A DNA stretch of 64,000 nucleotides from an uncultured bacterium (GTDB taxonomy: Bacteria; Patescibacteriota; Minisyncoccia; Phycocordibacterales; UBA9973): the NCBI GenBank assembly GCA_903892035.1, contig CAITGV010000001.1, forward strand, positions 226,711 to 290,710. The letters run 5' to 3'. The notes under the pieces were generated by a model. That model made no database searches. It was given only the letters and a program-made list of their open reading frames with translations, and was not told the origin of the DNA. Below are positions 48,403 through 58,612 of the stretch, in pieces. Position 1 is the first letter of the stretch, and each line of letters opens with the position of its first letter. Made by a program: the position numbers and the translations under genes.

Positions 48403-49500
48403 ATGAAACTCAACTGCACAACCGAAAAAATAAAAAACGCCATTTCAATAACTGAAAGAGTTACTGGTAAGAATTTAACATTACCAATTTTATCTTCAAT
48501 ACTTTTAATCGCATCTGGTAAATCACTTAAAATAAGAGCAACAAATCTTAGTATTGGTGTTGAGGTTGAAATACCTGCCACTATTGAAAAAGAAGGTGTA
48601 GCTGCTGTTTCTGGAGATATATTAAATAATTTATTTACCAATATAAATACAAATCAAGAAATTAATATAAGTTTAGAAAATGATAATTTATTAATACAAA
48701 CAAAAAATAATAAAATAATACTAAAAAATTTTTCGCCAGATGATTTCCCAACAATTCCAATAGTTAAAGGTGAAAGTATTACAATACCATCAAATAAATT
48801 TATAGATGGTATTAAATCTGTATATTACGCTTCAGCTATATCTGATATAAAACCAGAAATTGGAAGTATTTATATTTACCAGGAAAATGATAATTTAGTT
48901 TTTGTAGCTACAGATTCTTTTCGTTTAGCTGAAAAGAAAATTAAAATTAAAAATATTGAAAACTTTCCAGCAATATTAATTCCATTTAAAAATATAGTTG
49001 AAATACTTAGAATTTTTAGTGACATAAATGATGATATTAAAATTTGTTTTAGTAAAAACCAAATATCATTTTCATCCAAAAATATATATTTTACATCGAG
49101 AGTTATAGACGGAATTTTCCCAGACTATAAACAAATTATTCCGAAAAATCATACAACTGAAATAATAATCTTAAAACAAGATCTTTTAAATTCCCTTAAA
49201 ATGTCAAATGTATTTTCTGATAAATTTAATCAAATAACATTTCAAATTCAACCAAAAGAAAAACTTTTTGAATTGAAATCAAAAAATAATGATATTGGTG
49301 AAAATACTACAAAATTGGATGCTTCCCTATCTGGGGTGAGTATAGTAGCGAACTTTAATCAAAAATATTTACTGGACTGCATACAGTCTATAAAAGAGGA
49401 TAGTATTGTTTTACAAATGGTTGGCGATAATAAACCCCTAGTAGTTTCAGGGCTTTCAAATCAAAGTTTTATGTATTTAATAATGCCAATGAATAGATAA
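48403..49500 (+). CDS. dnaN: DNA polymerase III beta sliding clamp
   Basis: 365 aa immediately after dnaA. Three-domain clamp pattern (LKIRATNL...VEVEIPA, MPMN C-terminus). Confidence 0.85.
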   Translation: MKLNCTTEKIKNAISITERVTGKNLTLPILSSILLIASGKSLKIRATNLSIGVEVEIPATIEKEGVAAVSGDILNNLFTNINTNQEINISLENDNLLIQTKNNKIILKNFSPDDFPTIPIVKGESITIPSNKFIDGIKSVYYASAISDIKPEIGSIYIYQENDNLVFVATDSFRLAEKKIKIKNIENFPAILIPFKNIVEILRIFSDINDDIKICFSKNQISFSSKNIYFTSRVIDGIFPDYKQIIPKNHTTEIIILKQDLLNSLKMSNVFSDKFNQITFQIQPKEKLFELKSKNNDIGENTTKLDASLSGVSIVANFNQKYLLDCIQSIKEDSIVLQMVGDNKPLVVSGLSNQSFMYLIMPMNR

Positions 49501-49501
49501 A

Positions 49502-49759
49502 ATGGAATATATTCAAATAGGACAATTTTTACAAAAATTTGAAGTTGTTTTAAGTGATGATAAGGCTAAAAAAATATTAGTACAAAAAATATTAAAAAAT
49601 AATATTAATTTTGATATTGATTTAAATAATATAAAAATAAAAGACGGAGTAGTCTCAATTTTAGGCAGTGGTACTCTAAAGAACGAGATTTTCTTAAAAA
49701 AAGAAAAAATCGAAAAAATGATAAATGAAGGGACTTCAAATTTAAGAAGTATTCGTTAA
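49502..49759 (+). CDS. Small DUF721-like protein
   Basis: 85 aa after dnaN. Pattern ...KIKDGVVSILG...resembles DUF721 proteins common in dnaA-dnaN-recF regions. Weak assignment. Confidence 0.3.
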   Translation: MEYIQIGQFLQKFEVVLSDDKAKKILVQKILKNNINFDIDLNNIKIKDGVVSILGSGTLKNEIFLKKEKIEKMINEGTSNLRSIR

Positions 49760-52272
49760 TTTGAAATTGAAAAATTTTTATTTACTTCTACTGTGTTGTA
49801 GACAGTATCCTCAGCTACAATTTTTAGTGTATTAATAGAACCAATGTCAGATATTTGGGATGGTATAAATGAAAAAGAAAATGGTGCACTTGTTGAAGAT
49901 CCAATATAATTATTATTTATAAAAAAATCTACTTTACTTAATGGATAAAAACCAGTACTAGAAAGCGTAATTGTTATTTTTGAATTACTATTCTGGGGAA
50001 TATTTTCAACGGGATTGGTTATTTGAACATTTGGAAATTTCCCTGGAACGTGTACATTGTCGTCAAAATTTGGTTTATCATTTACTGTTGTAGTTGCATA
50101 TTTGTAGCCAAAATTTGCTAACCAGTTTTGTACAGGAATTTCCCAGTGATAGTATTGTGGATCTCCAGAAGAATTTATTTGGTAATCTCCATTTGGGTCA
50201 TCTTTATTTATCCAATACAAAATTGAGTGCCTGTTTGTTAATACTTTTTCTTCAGTTGCATCCTTGGGTGTATATTCTGTTGCGAGTCCACCAGAAATTT
50301 TATCAATTAAAAAACTTTCATTTCCTTGCCATTTCCCAGCAAGAACGGGTTTTATAGCTGTATAGTCAATTGGATCAGGTTTTTCAAATTTAACATCTGG
50401 AACTTTACTTAATGCATAATTCATAAATTCGTGCCAGAGTGGACCAGAAAGTACAACTGACACCTGTTGGGCCATTGCAGAATTATCATTGTTTCCAACC
50501 CAGACACCAACTGAAATATTTGGTGTATAGCCAACCAACCATGCATCATGTGAATCATTTGTTGTACCAGTTTTTGCAGCAACATCACGCCCTAGGAAAT
50601 ACATTGCTGAATTTAAACCGAAGTCGGGTGCACGTGCATTGTTGTCTGATAGTATATCCGTAACTTGTAATGCAATTTGTTTAGGTATTGCCTGGCTCTC
50701 TTCATCAGAATAACTTTCTAAGATATTTCCTGCGTTGTCTGTTACTTTTAAAATACCAGTTTCAGGATGCCTTACTCCTCCTGTTGCAAAAACGCCATAA
50801 GCACTAGCCATGTCGATAAGTTTTACTTCTCCTCCACCCAACACAAGTGATAAACCATACCTAGCAGCGTCTACAAGCGACGTTATACCCATCATGCGAG
50901 CTGTATTGATAGAATCTTGTATACCTGCTAAATAAAGCAATTTTACTCCAATAACGTTGACTGATTGAGCAAGAGCAGAGCGAAGTGATAGTGGTCCAGA
51001 ATTTAAACCATTGAAATTTTTTGGCATATAGCATTCACTTTTATTATGTCCAGGAAGTGGAGCCCCTGATGGATTACATGACATTGAAAATTCTGTCGGT
51101 ACATCAAATAATACTGTGTCGGGTGTATAACCTTTTTCAAAAGCAGTTGCATAAACAAATGGTTTAAAAGATGAACCTGGTTGTCGCATTGCTGTGGCTA
51201 TATTATAATTTCCGTCAATTTTTTTATCAAAATAATCTCTTGAACCAACCATTGAAAGTATTTGGCCAGTTGTTGGATCAATTGCAACAAGACCAGCGTT
51301 TGATGCATTGTAAGTTTTTTCATTTGATAAAGCATATTTTTTTACTACTTCTTCTGCTTTTTGTTGCATATCCCAATCAAGAGTTGTAGTTACCTGAAGA
51401 CCTCCTGTGTTTACAGCATCTTCACCGTATTTTTGTATTAAATAATCTTTAATGAAAAATACAAAATGAGGAGCAAGTATCCCTGTTGGATCTTGTGGTT
51501 TGAAATCAATTTTTTCTTTTAAAGCATTTTGGTATTCTGTGTCAGTTATGAAATTCAACTCTTTCATTCGAGCAAGAACTGTTTTTTGTCTGTCGTCTAG
51601 ATTTTTTCTATTTGTACCGTATGGTGAATAAAATGTTGGAGCTTTTGGAATTGATGCTAAATAACTTGCTTCGGCAAGGGTCAGATTTGCCGGTTCTTTT
51701 CCAAAATATGTTTTTGAAGCTTCTTCAACTCCGTAAATATTTCCGCCATAAGGAGCTTCATTTAAGTAAATTGCCAATATATCTTCTTTACTCATTTCAC
51801 GATCCATTTTAAGTGCAAGAATCCATTCTTCCATTTTTCTAGTAATTGTTTTTTGAGAAGATAGTAAAGAGTTTTTAACAATTTGTTGAGTGATTGTTGA
51901 TCCACCTTGAACAAAACTTCCGTGTGTAATGTTTACTAATAATGCGCGTATGATTGCAGTAGGGCGAATTCCTTGGTTTTGGTAAAAAGTTGAATCTTCA
52001 ATTGCTACTGTGGCATTTTTTATATATGGACCCATGTCAGCGAAAGCTATGATTGTTCTTTTTGTATTACTATTTACATCGTAAAGTACTGTTTTTCCGG
52101 TTCGGTCATAAATCCTTGTCGAACTTTCAACCTTTCTATCTTGGAAAGCTTTAAAGTCTGGGATTTTTATTGTACTTACCCAAATCACAACTCCTCCACT
52201 TACTAAAATAAAAATTCCTGCGAAAAACATCACAATATTTAACAACTTTCTTTTTAAATTACTCTTTTTCAT
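49756..52272 (-). CDS. Bifunctional penicillin-binding protein 1A (transglycosylase/transpeptidase) with C-terminal extension
   Basis: N-terminal TM. GT51 motifs EDSTFYQNQG, QGGSTITQQ. TP motifs SSFKP, SVN, KTGTT. ~150-aa C-terminal beta-rich tail. Confidence 0.85.
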   Translation of the reverse strand: MKKSNLKRKLLNIVMFFAGIFILVSGGVVIWVSTIKIPDFKAFQDRKVESSTRIYDRTGKTVLYDVNSNTKRTIIAFADMGPYIKNATVAIEDSTFYQNQGIRPTAIIRALLVNITHGSFVQGGSTITQQIVKNSLLSSQKTITRKMEEWILALKMDREMSKEDILAIYLNEAPYGGNIYGVEEASKTYFGKEPANLTLAEASYLASIPKAPTFYSPYGTNRKNLDDRQKTVLARMKELNFITDTEYQNALKEKIDFKPQDPTGILAPHFVFFIKDYLIQKYGEDAVNTGGLQVTTTLDWDMQQKAEEVVKKYALSNEKTYNASNAGLVAIDPTTGQILSMVGSRDYFDKKIDGNYNIATAMRQPGSSFKPFVYATAFEKGYTPDTVLFDVPTEFSMSCNPSGAPLPGHNKSECYMPKNFNGLNSGPLSLRSALAQSVNVIGVKLLYLAGIQDSINTARMMGITSLVDAARYGLSLVLGGGEVKLIDMASAYGVFATGGVRHPETGILKVTDNAGNILESYSDEESQAIPKQIALQVTDILSDNNARAPDFGLNSAMYFLGRDVAAKTGTTNDSHDAWLVGYTPNISVGVWVGNNDNSAMAQQVSVVLSGPLWHEFMNYALSKVPDVKFEKPDPIDYTAIKPVLAGKWQGNESFLIDKISGGLATEYTPKDATEEKVLTNRHSILYWINKDDPNGDYQINSSGDPQYYHWEIPVQNWLANFGYKYATTTVNDKPNFDDNVHVPGKFPNVQITNPVENIPQNSNSKITITLSSTGFYPLSKVDFFINNNYIGSSTSAPFSFSFIPSQISDIGSINTLKIVAEDTVYNTVEVNKNFSISN

Positions 52273-52344
52273 ATATGTGAAAATTGTAGCACGAAACTTT
52301 ATATAGGCACAGACAAAAAAAGCATTTTATGCTAAAGTAGAAAT

Positions 52345-53709
52345 ATGGAAAATAGTAAAATCATCGACGAATTGCTTTCTCGTGGAGTTGGAGAATTTAT
52401 CGACCCAAATGGAACATTTAGAAAGAAACTCGAAACAAACCCAAATGAGATAGTCATTAAGCTTGGGGTTGACCCAAACAGACCCGATATTCACATCGGG
52501 CATGCAGTTATACTACGCAAGCTTCGTAAATTTCAAGACATGGGTTGCAAGGTCATTTTTCTTATAGGAGACTTCACTGCTCAAATTGGCGACCCAACTG
52601 GTAAGAGTAAAATTCGTCCAGAAATTGACCAAATGGAAGTAAATAAAAATATGCAGACTTATTTAGATCAGGTTGGAAAAATATTAAAAACAGAACAGAG
52701 TGTTTTTTCTTGGATAAGAAATTCAGATTGGTTTGTTTCTATAAATGATATCATTGCCCCAGATAACAGAACTATAAATATTAAAAGTGGTGATCAGACA
52801 ATAACTACACCACCACTACCAGCAAGTGATATTTTAAATAAAGCCGAATTTTGGGTTGAAACAAGAATGCAAAAAATAAATATAAATAATTATTCACTGA
52901 TAAACTTGATGGCAATACTTCGCCGTATTACTTACGGTCGAATAATTGAAAGAGATATGTTTCAAGACCGAATAATAAAAGGCGAACCTGTTTTTATGCA
53001 CGAGATGCTTTACCCAATTTTTCAAGGAATAGACTCAGATGTATTGGCAAATATTTATGGATCTTGCGATTTAGAAGTCGGTGGAACTGATCAGCATTTC
53101 AATATGCTTGTTGGACGTGAGGTTATGGAAATGAATAAAAAAGTTCCTCAAGCTGTGCTGTCTTTTAAGCTCCTCGAAGGTCTTGATGGAAAAGAAAAAA
53201 TGTCAAAATCCCTTGATAATTATGTAGGAATTACAGATGAGCCTAATGATATGTATGGAAAAATAATGTCTATTCCAGATAGTTCTATTGTAAATTATTT
53301 TGAGCTTTGCACTTATACTCCAAATGAAAGCATTGAAGAAATAAAAGAAACTTTAAAAAACGGAAAAGAAAATCCAAAGAATATTAAAATGCAATTGGCT
53401 CGTCAAATTGTAGAAGAATATCACGGAAAAGAAAAAGCAAATGACGCTGAGGAAAACTTTACTAAAACTTTTTCAAAAGGTGAAATTCCAAAAGATATGG
53501 AAACAATTTCAGTCGCAAGTGTAAAAGAAATCCCCGAAGCTTTATGTTCAAACAATTTTGTTGCTTCGAAAGGAGAGTTTACTAGACTCTTGAAACAAAA
53601 TGCTGTGACAAACCTTGAGACAAATAAAAAAGTTTTGAGCTTAGAAGAATTTACAACAGGAGCTTATCGCATAGGAGCTCATCGTTTTGTAAAAATAGAT
53701 ATTAAATAA
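52345..53709 (+). CDS. tyrS: Tyrosyl-tRNA synthetase-like class I aaRS
   Basis: HIGH (DIHIGHAV), LIGDFTAQIGDPTGKS, KMSKS. The spacing pattern matches TyrRS rather than TrpRS. Contains insertions. Confidence 0.65.
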   Translation: MENSKIIDELLSRGVGEFIDPNGTFRKKLETNPNEIVIKLGVDPNRPDIHIGHAVILRKLRKFQDMGCKVIFLIGDFTAQIGDPTGKSKIRPEIDQMEVNKNMQTYLDQVGKILKTEQSVFSWIRNSDWFVSINDIIAPDNRTINIKSGDQTITTPPLPASDILNKAEFWVETRMQKININNYSLINLMAILRRITYGRIIERDMFQDRIIKGEPVFMHEMLYPIFQGIDSDVLANIYGSCDLEVGGTDQHFNMLVGREVMEMNKKVPQAVLSFKLLEGLDGKEKMSKSLDNYVGITDEPNDMYGKIMSIPDSSIVNYFELCTYTPNESIEEIKETLKNGKENPKNIKMQLARQIVEEYHGKEKANDAEENFTKTFSKGEIPKDMETISVASVKEIPEALCSNNFVASKGEFTRLLKQNAVTNLETNKKVLSLEEFTTGAYRIGAHRFVKIDIK

Positions 53710-53750
53710 AAAAACACCTCTCTGGCGCGGGCCAGAGAGGTGTTTTTTTA
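53708..53750. terminator. Bidirectional terminator (perfect 12-bp stem)
   Basis: AAAAACACCTCTCTGGCGCGGGCCAGAGAGGTGTTTTTTT. Confidence 0.75.
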
Positions 53751-53933
53751 TTAACGAAATTCTCTTCTATCAGAATACTCTTCATCATCCTCGTCCTCAT
53801 CTTTTATTGGCATTCCATCTTCATCAAGGTCGAGTGGTATCCCATCGTCGTCTAAAAGGTCATCATCAAGATCTAGTGGGGCATTTAAATCAATGTCCTC
53901 ATCTTTTATTGTTCCATCATCATTGAAATCCAT
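53751..53933 (-). CDS. Small highly acidic hypothetical peptide (60 aa)
   Basis: ORF with repeated D/E-x-P-L/I-DLD motifs. May be non-coding. Confidence 0.25.
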   Translation of the reverse strand: MDFNDDGTIKDEDIDLNAPLDLDDDLLDDDGIPLDLDEDGMPIKDEDEDDEEYSDRREFR

Positions 53934-54035
53934 ATATTAAAAAATTAACTTATAAAAATTAAACAAATTTACGTGCCTATTTTGTAACAAAATAGAGATA
54001 TCTTTGCAAGATATAAATTCATGAACTGTGGAAAA

Positions 54036-54536
54036 CTAGCCCCTAGTATAAGCAAAAGCCGTCAAGCCTATAGCTATTGCATCATATTCATCGTCAAGCA
54101 TTTTCCCTCGACCTGAGCTAGTCGAAGGTTTATTTGGTATTGCAATCAATTTTTCAACCATATTTATAACGGCATTTTTATCACTTTTGCCATACCCAGT
54201 CACTGCGACTTTTATTTGAAGAGGTGTGTATTCGAGAATTTCCAAACTAGCATTCATTCCTTCATAAATGATTACTCCGCGTGATTCCGATACACCCATA
54301 GCTGTCTTTTGATTATTTTCAAAATACAATTTTTCAATTGCCAATTTTTCTGGTTTATATTTTTTAATTATTTTTTTTACTTCACTACCTATTTCGAAAA
54401 TACGTTCCTCCATTTTTTTCTTTGGAAGTGTTTTGAAACAATCTGAATATAAAAGAGTCTCTTTTCCACCTTGAATTTTTTCCAAGACAGCAATACCAAC
54501 TCTTTCATAACCCGGATCAATAGAAATTATAATCAT
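54036..54536 (-). CDS. ruvC: Holliday junction resolvase RuvC
   Basis: IISIDPGYERVGIAVLE, C-terminal DDEYDAIAIGLTA motif. Confidence 0.8.
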   Translation of the reverse strand: MIIISIDPGYERVGIAVLEKIQGGKETLLYSDCFKTLPKKKMEERIFEIGSEVKKIIKKYKPEKLAIEKLYFENNQKTAMGVSESRGVIIYEGMNASLEILEYTPLQIKVAVTGYGKSDKNAVINMVEKLIAIPNKPSTSSGRGKMLDDEYDAIAIGLTAFAYTRG

Positions 54537-54566
54537 AGAAAATGTCTAATATCGAATTTCTAATAT

Positions 54567-54935
54567 CTAAGAAATACGAGAAGCTTTAGATTTATTAATA
54601 ATAGCCACAAATATTTTACGGAGTTGTTCACTTTCGTCAAGTAATGGATTAAGAGATTCTGTTTTTTCTTTTAAATGAATTAATAAAGTTAACCAGTATT
54701 CAGTTTCCTGAGCTTCTTTTTTACAGATACCAAGTTTGTGTTCGAAATCTTTTCTTGATTCAGCACCATCGGCTTCGTGATAGTTTGCGCCAATGCTTGT
54801 TCCTGATCTTAGGCATTGAATAATTAAATTTTGATTTATTGGTGTTCGTTTTACTGAGAGTAAAATCGAAAGTAGATTTTTACTAAATAATAGTGTTCTT
54901 TGTTTTAAGTCATATTTTATATTTGAGTTTTGCAT
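54567..54935 (-). CDS. Four-helix-bundle protein (TIGR02436-like, 23S rRNA IVS-encoded protein family)
   Basis: SIGANYHEA...DF..KLGICKKEAQETEYWL signature. Confidence 0.6.
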   Translation of the reverse strand: MQNSNIKYDLKQRTLLFSKNLLSILLSVKRTPINQNLIIQCLRSGTSIGANYHEADGAESRKDFEHKLGICKKEAQETEYWLTLLIHLKEKTESLNPLLDESEQLRKIFVAIINKSKASRIS

Positions 54936-54976
54936 TTATTTAGAAATTAGATATTAGTAATTAGTCATTCATTTTC

Positions 54977-55513
54977 TTATTCAGTATTAGTGAATACTTC
55001 TTGCACTTCATTATTTTCTTCGAGCTGCTCGACTAAATCAAGAAGTGCATTTGAATCTTCTTCAGAAATTGCTGTTGTTATATTTGGTTTCCAAATTACT
55101 CCTTCGGGAGTTATTTCTCTTACAAAACCCCAAGTGACCGAGCCGATGCCACCAAGAGCAAAACCATTTTTATCAAGTATGTGTCGGATTTCTTGTGCTG
55201 CGCGATTTTTACTATCTGTAAGTGCTTCAATTACAATTCCTACTCCACCAGGACCATAGGCTTCGTATGTAATTGATTCCATTGCATTTCCTGCTTCTGT
55301 CGCTTTTTTAATTGCTCGTTCGATATTGTCCGCTGGCATATCTACACTGCGAGCTTTTTTAATTGCCGCAGAAAGTCCAGATGATTCACGATTACCACCA
55401 GAGAGTTTTGCTTCGTGGGTAATCATCTTTACAAGTTTTGCATAGAGCTGACTTGTTTTACCTTCACTTGCTGCTTTTTTGTATTTCTTTTTCTCCCATT
55501 GTGAATGGCTCAT
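54977..55513 (-). CDS. yebC: YebC/PmpR-family transcriptional regulator (short variant)
   Basis: HSQWEKKKYKKA, YEAYGPGGVGIVIE signature. 178 aa vs ~240 for canonical YebC. Confidence 0.75.
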   Translation of the reverse strand: MSHSQWEKKKYKKAASEGKTSQLYAKLVKMITHEAKLSGGNRESSGLSAAIKKARSVDMPADNIERAIKKATEAGNAMESITYEAYGPGGVGIVIEALTDSKNRAAQEIRHILDKNGFALGGIGSVTWGFVREITPEGVIWKPNITTAISEEDSNALLDLVEQLEENNEVQEVFTNTE

Positions 55514-55539
55514 ATATTTAAACTATAAAAAATGTTCAA

Positions 55540-56553
55540 TTAAATTAATTTATCTTGTTTAAATCCTTCAAAACCCAAATGCTCATAAGCTTTTTTGGTT
55601 GCGATGCGTCCACGAGGGGTGCGTTCGAGAAGTCCTCGCTGGATGAGATAGGGTTCAACAACTTCTTCTATTGTTGCTTCTTCTTCGGACGTTGCTGCTG
55701 CGATAGTATTGAGTCCAACTGGTCCGCCATTAAATTTTTCAATTATAACTTCAAGAACTTTTCTATCAGATTCTGCGAGACCAAGCTCGTCGATACCTAA
55801 AAGTGAAAGTGCAAGAAAAACTGTTTTTTTATCTAAATCTTTTTTATGCACCTGCGCGTAGTCACGACAGCGTTTCAAAAAATAATTTGCTGTACGGGGT
55901 GTAAAACGTGAACGTTTAGCAATTTCAATAATCCCATCTTCTTCAAGATTGATACCAAGAATTTTTCCAGAACGTTTTATTATTTTTGCAATTTCTTCTT
56001 CACTATAAAATTCCAAACGAAATACTCCACCAGAAAAACGGGAGCGAAGTGGCGCTGAAAGTAGAGCGATACGAGTTGTTGCTGCGATGAGAGTAAAAGG
56101 TGGAAGGTCGAGCTGAATTGTGCGAGCAGATGGACCCTTGCCGATGATTATATCGAGTATTCCTGACTCCATTGCAGGGTAGAGGACTTCTTCAACCATT
56201 TTATTTAAGCGGTGAATTTCATCGATGAAAATAATGTCACCAGGAGAAAGATTTGTGAGTATTGAAGCGAGGTCACCAACTTTTTCAATTGCTGGTCCAG
56301 ATGTAATTTTCATTTGCCTGCCTGTCTCTTTTGCTATTAAATGCGCGAGTGTGGTCTTGCCCAGCCCTGGTGGACCATAAAAAAGTATATGTTCTGCAGG
56401 ATGATTGCGTTCTTTTGCGGCTTGAAGCAAAATTTTCAAATTTTCTTTAATATTTTCTTGGCCAATGTATTCTGACCAGGCACTCGGACGTAGTGTTTGG
56501 TCCAAAAAGAGCTCATCACCATTTTCAATTTGTTTATTATTTGGGCTTGACAT
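55540..56553 (-). CDS. ruvB: Holliday junction branch-migration helicase RuvB
   Basis: [11 protein letters not shown] Walker [10 protein letters not shown], conserved C-terminal winged helix. Confidence 0.9.
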   Translation of the reverse strand: MSSPNNKQIENGDELFLDQTLRPSAWSEYIGQENIKENLKILLQAAKERNHPAEHILFYGPPGLGKTTLAHLIAKETGRQMKITSGPAIEKVGDLASILTNLSPGDIIFIDEIHRLNKMVEEVLYPAMESGILDIIIGKGPSARTIQLDLPPFTLIAATTRIALLSAPLRSRFSGGVFRLEFYSEEEIAKIIKRSGKILGINLEEDGIIEIAKRSRFTPRTANYFLKRCRDYAQVHKKDLDKKTVFLALSLLGIDELGLAESDRKVLEVIIEKFNGGPVGLNTIAAATSEEEATIEEVVEPYLIQRGLLERTPRGRIATKKAYEHLGFEGFKQDKLI

Positions 56554-56769
56554 TATATTTGATATCTGATATACTACCGGTAACGTTTTAATTATAGCAG
56601 ATATTTACAAAAGAAGATTTAAATCTCTAAGCAATCAGGCTGTAAGGCCCCTACGCGTTTGCGGAGGACGTTCTGGATCTATTTATAGCATTCTGGGGCT
56701 ATCCTTCAAGAATCTGTTACTTTTGTCGCATAGCGGCAGAAGGATTGTTTAGAGATTTTGGTCTTTTTT

Positions 56770-58494
56770 TTATGCCTCGTTTAGGTCAACGACGCTTCCG
56801 ACTTCATCATATGAAGTCACTCCATTTAAAATTTTAATTATGCCGTCTTCTCTCATTGTAAGTATACCTTGAGGGATGGCGGCTTTTTTTATTTCTCTTT
56901 CACTTGGGTTTGTTGGCACCAATGCCTCTATGGCAGCATCACTTTCTATTGCTTCAAATATTCCAAGTCGGCCTTTGTAGCCTGTGCCATTACATTTTTC
57001 ACAACCGATAGCTTCCCATAATTTAATTTCTTGATCAATTTTTACATTGTAAGAAGCCAAATCTTTTTTCTCATCCACGATAGTCTGTAAAATATTTTTT
57101 ATTGTTTTCAATTCCAACTCTGTTGGAGTTTTTTCTTTTTTACATTCAACACACAATTTTCGGACCAGACGTTGAGCAATTGAAAGTCTTAAAGCGGAAG
57201 TCATAATTTTTGGATTAACTCCGAGGTCGATAAGGCGGGGAATTACACCAGCTGCATCATTTGTGTGAAGTGTAGAGAAAACCAAGTGACCAGTAAGCGC
57301 TGACTCAATAGCTGTTTTTGCAGTTTCTCCATCACGAATTTCTCCGACCATTATCACATCGGGATCTTGGCGAAGTGCTGCACGTAGTCCTGCGAGAAAT
57401 GTATAACCCTTTTCTTCCTCAACCTGAGTTTGAGTAATACCTGCGAGGTGGTATTCGATAGGATCTTCAATTGTAATTATTTTCAATTCCGGAGAATAAA
57501 TTTTACGTAAAAAGCCATATAGTGTAGTGGTTTTTCCAGATCCAGTCGGACCTGTAATCAATATTAAACCGTTTGGTTTTTTGATTTGATCCATTACAAT
57601 ACTGTAAAGTTTGTGATCCATTCCCATGCTTTCAATTTCATGCTGAATAGATTTTGGATCTAGAATTCTCATCACCACACTCTCACCATACGCTCCTGGA
57701 ATTACAGACACACGCATGGAAATTTCTACTTCATTCATAAAAATACCAAAACGTCCGTCTTGAGCTGTAGTCGTCGAAGTAATTTTCAAACCAGAAATAA
57801 GTTTAATACGAGAATTTAAAAGTTTATGAGTAGGAAAATCCAATTGCATAATATTTTGCAAAACTCCGTCGAGGCGAAAACGCACGTGCACTTCGTGCTC
57901 TTCTGGTTCGATGTGAATATCTGATGCCCCCGTTGAAATTGCTCCAGCAAGAATTACTTCGAGCATTCTTGTTGCTTTGTGAGTTTTGCTTTCTTTTGTA
58001 ATTTCTTCTGCCACTCGACCGACGTCTCCCATTGTTTTTATTCTCTGTGCTAAGTCTGCAAGTACGGAAGGGGAAATATCGAGACTTCCAGATTTTGATT
58101 TTTCGGCAAAAGAAATTTCTGCATAACGTGACCAAGCTTTTTCAAGTGAAGCTAGAGAAACCATATAGAAAGTTGGCTTGTATCCTTTTTTTTCCAACTC
58201 TTCTTTAAATAAAGTTACTTCTGGTCGAGATGGTGCACGAACTGCAACTGAAATATTTTTGCCTGTAACTTTAAAAGGTGCCACTTCAATAGCCCTAGCT
58301 TCAGGTTCCGGTATTATTCGCAGTGCTTCGTTCTCGATAGTTGTAACCAGTAGGTTTATGTAGGGGATATTGTATTTAGCTTCAGCTAAAACTTGAGCTA
58401 GCTCTTCCTCTTCTTGTTTTCGGAGGTCGTCTACCTTTCTGTTTTGTTTATCTTCATCAAATTTGATTGCCATATAGCCCTTATTGTACTGCAT
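56770..58494 (-). CDS. pilB: Type IV pilus assembly ATPase PilB/GspE family
   Basis: N-terminal GSPII-like domain, Walker A GPTGSGKTTTL, Asp box, His box, CxxC...CxxC tetracysteine. Start moved to the MQYNK internal ATG (58494), since the ORF-track start at 58776 overlaps the divergent gene. Confidence 0.85.
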   Translation of the reverse strand: MQYNKGYMAIKFDEDKQNRKVDDLRKQEEEELAQVLAEAKYNIPYINLLVTTIENEALRIIPEPEARAIEVAPFKVTGKNISVAVRAPSRPEVTLFKEELEKKGYKPTFYMVSLASLEKAWSRYAEISFAEKSKSGSLDISPSVLADLAQRIKTMGDVGRVAEEITKESKTHKATRMLEVILAGAISTGASDIHIEPEEHEVHVRFRLDGVLQNIMQLDFPTHKLLNSRIKLISGLKITSTTTAQDGRFGIFMNEVEISMRVSVIPGAYGESVVMRILDPKSIQHEIESMGMDHKLYSIVMDQIKKPNGLILITGPTGSGKTTTLYGFLRKIYSPELKIITIEDPIEYHLAGITQTQVEEEKGYTFLAGLRAALRQDPDVIMVGEIRDGETAKTAIESALTGHLVFSTLHTNDAAGVIPRLIDLGVNPKIMTSALRLSIAQRLVRKLCVECKKEKTPTELELKTIKNILQTIVDEKKDLASYNVKIDQEIKLWEAIGCEKCNGTGYKGRLGIFEAIESDAAIEALVPTNPSEREIKKAAIPQGILTMREDGIIKILNGVTSYDEVGSVVDLNEA

Positions 58495-58612
58495 TTTAAG
58501 CCTATTTTCCCTATTGACATTTAAGCTTAAAAGTGATATACTAGTAGCTGTAGAGGTGTTCTTTACATGTAAACAATTAAATAATAAATAAATACATACA
58601 TAATTAAAAACA

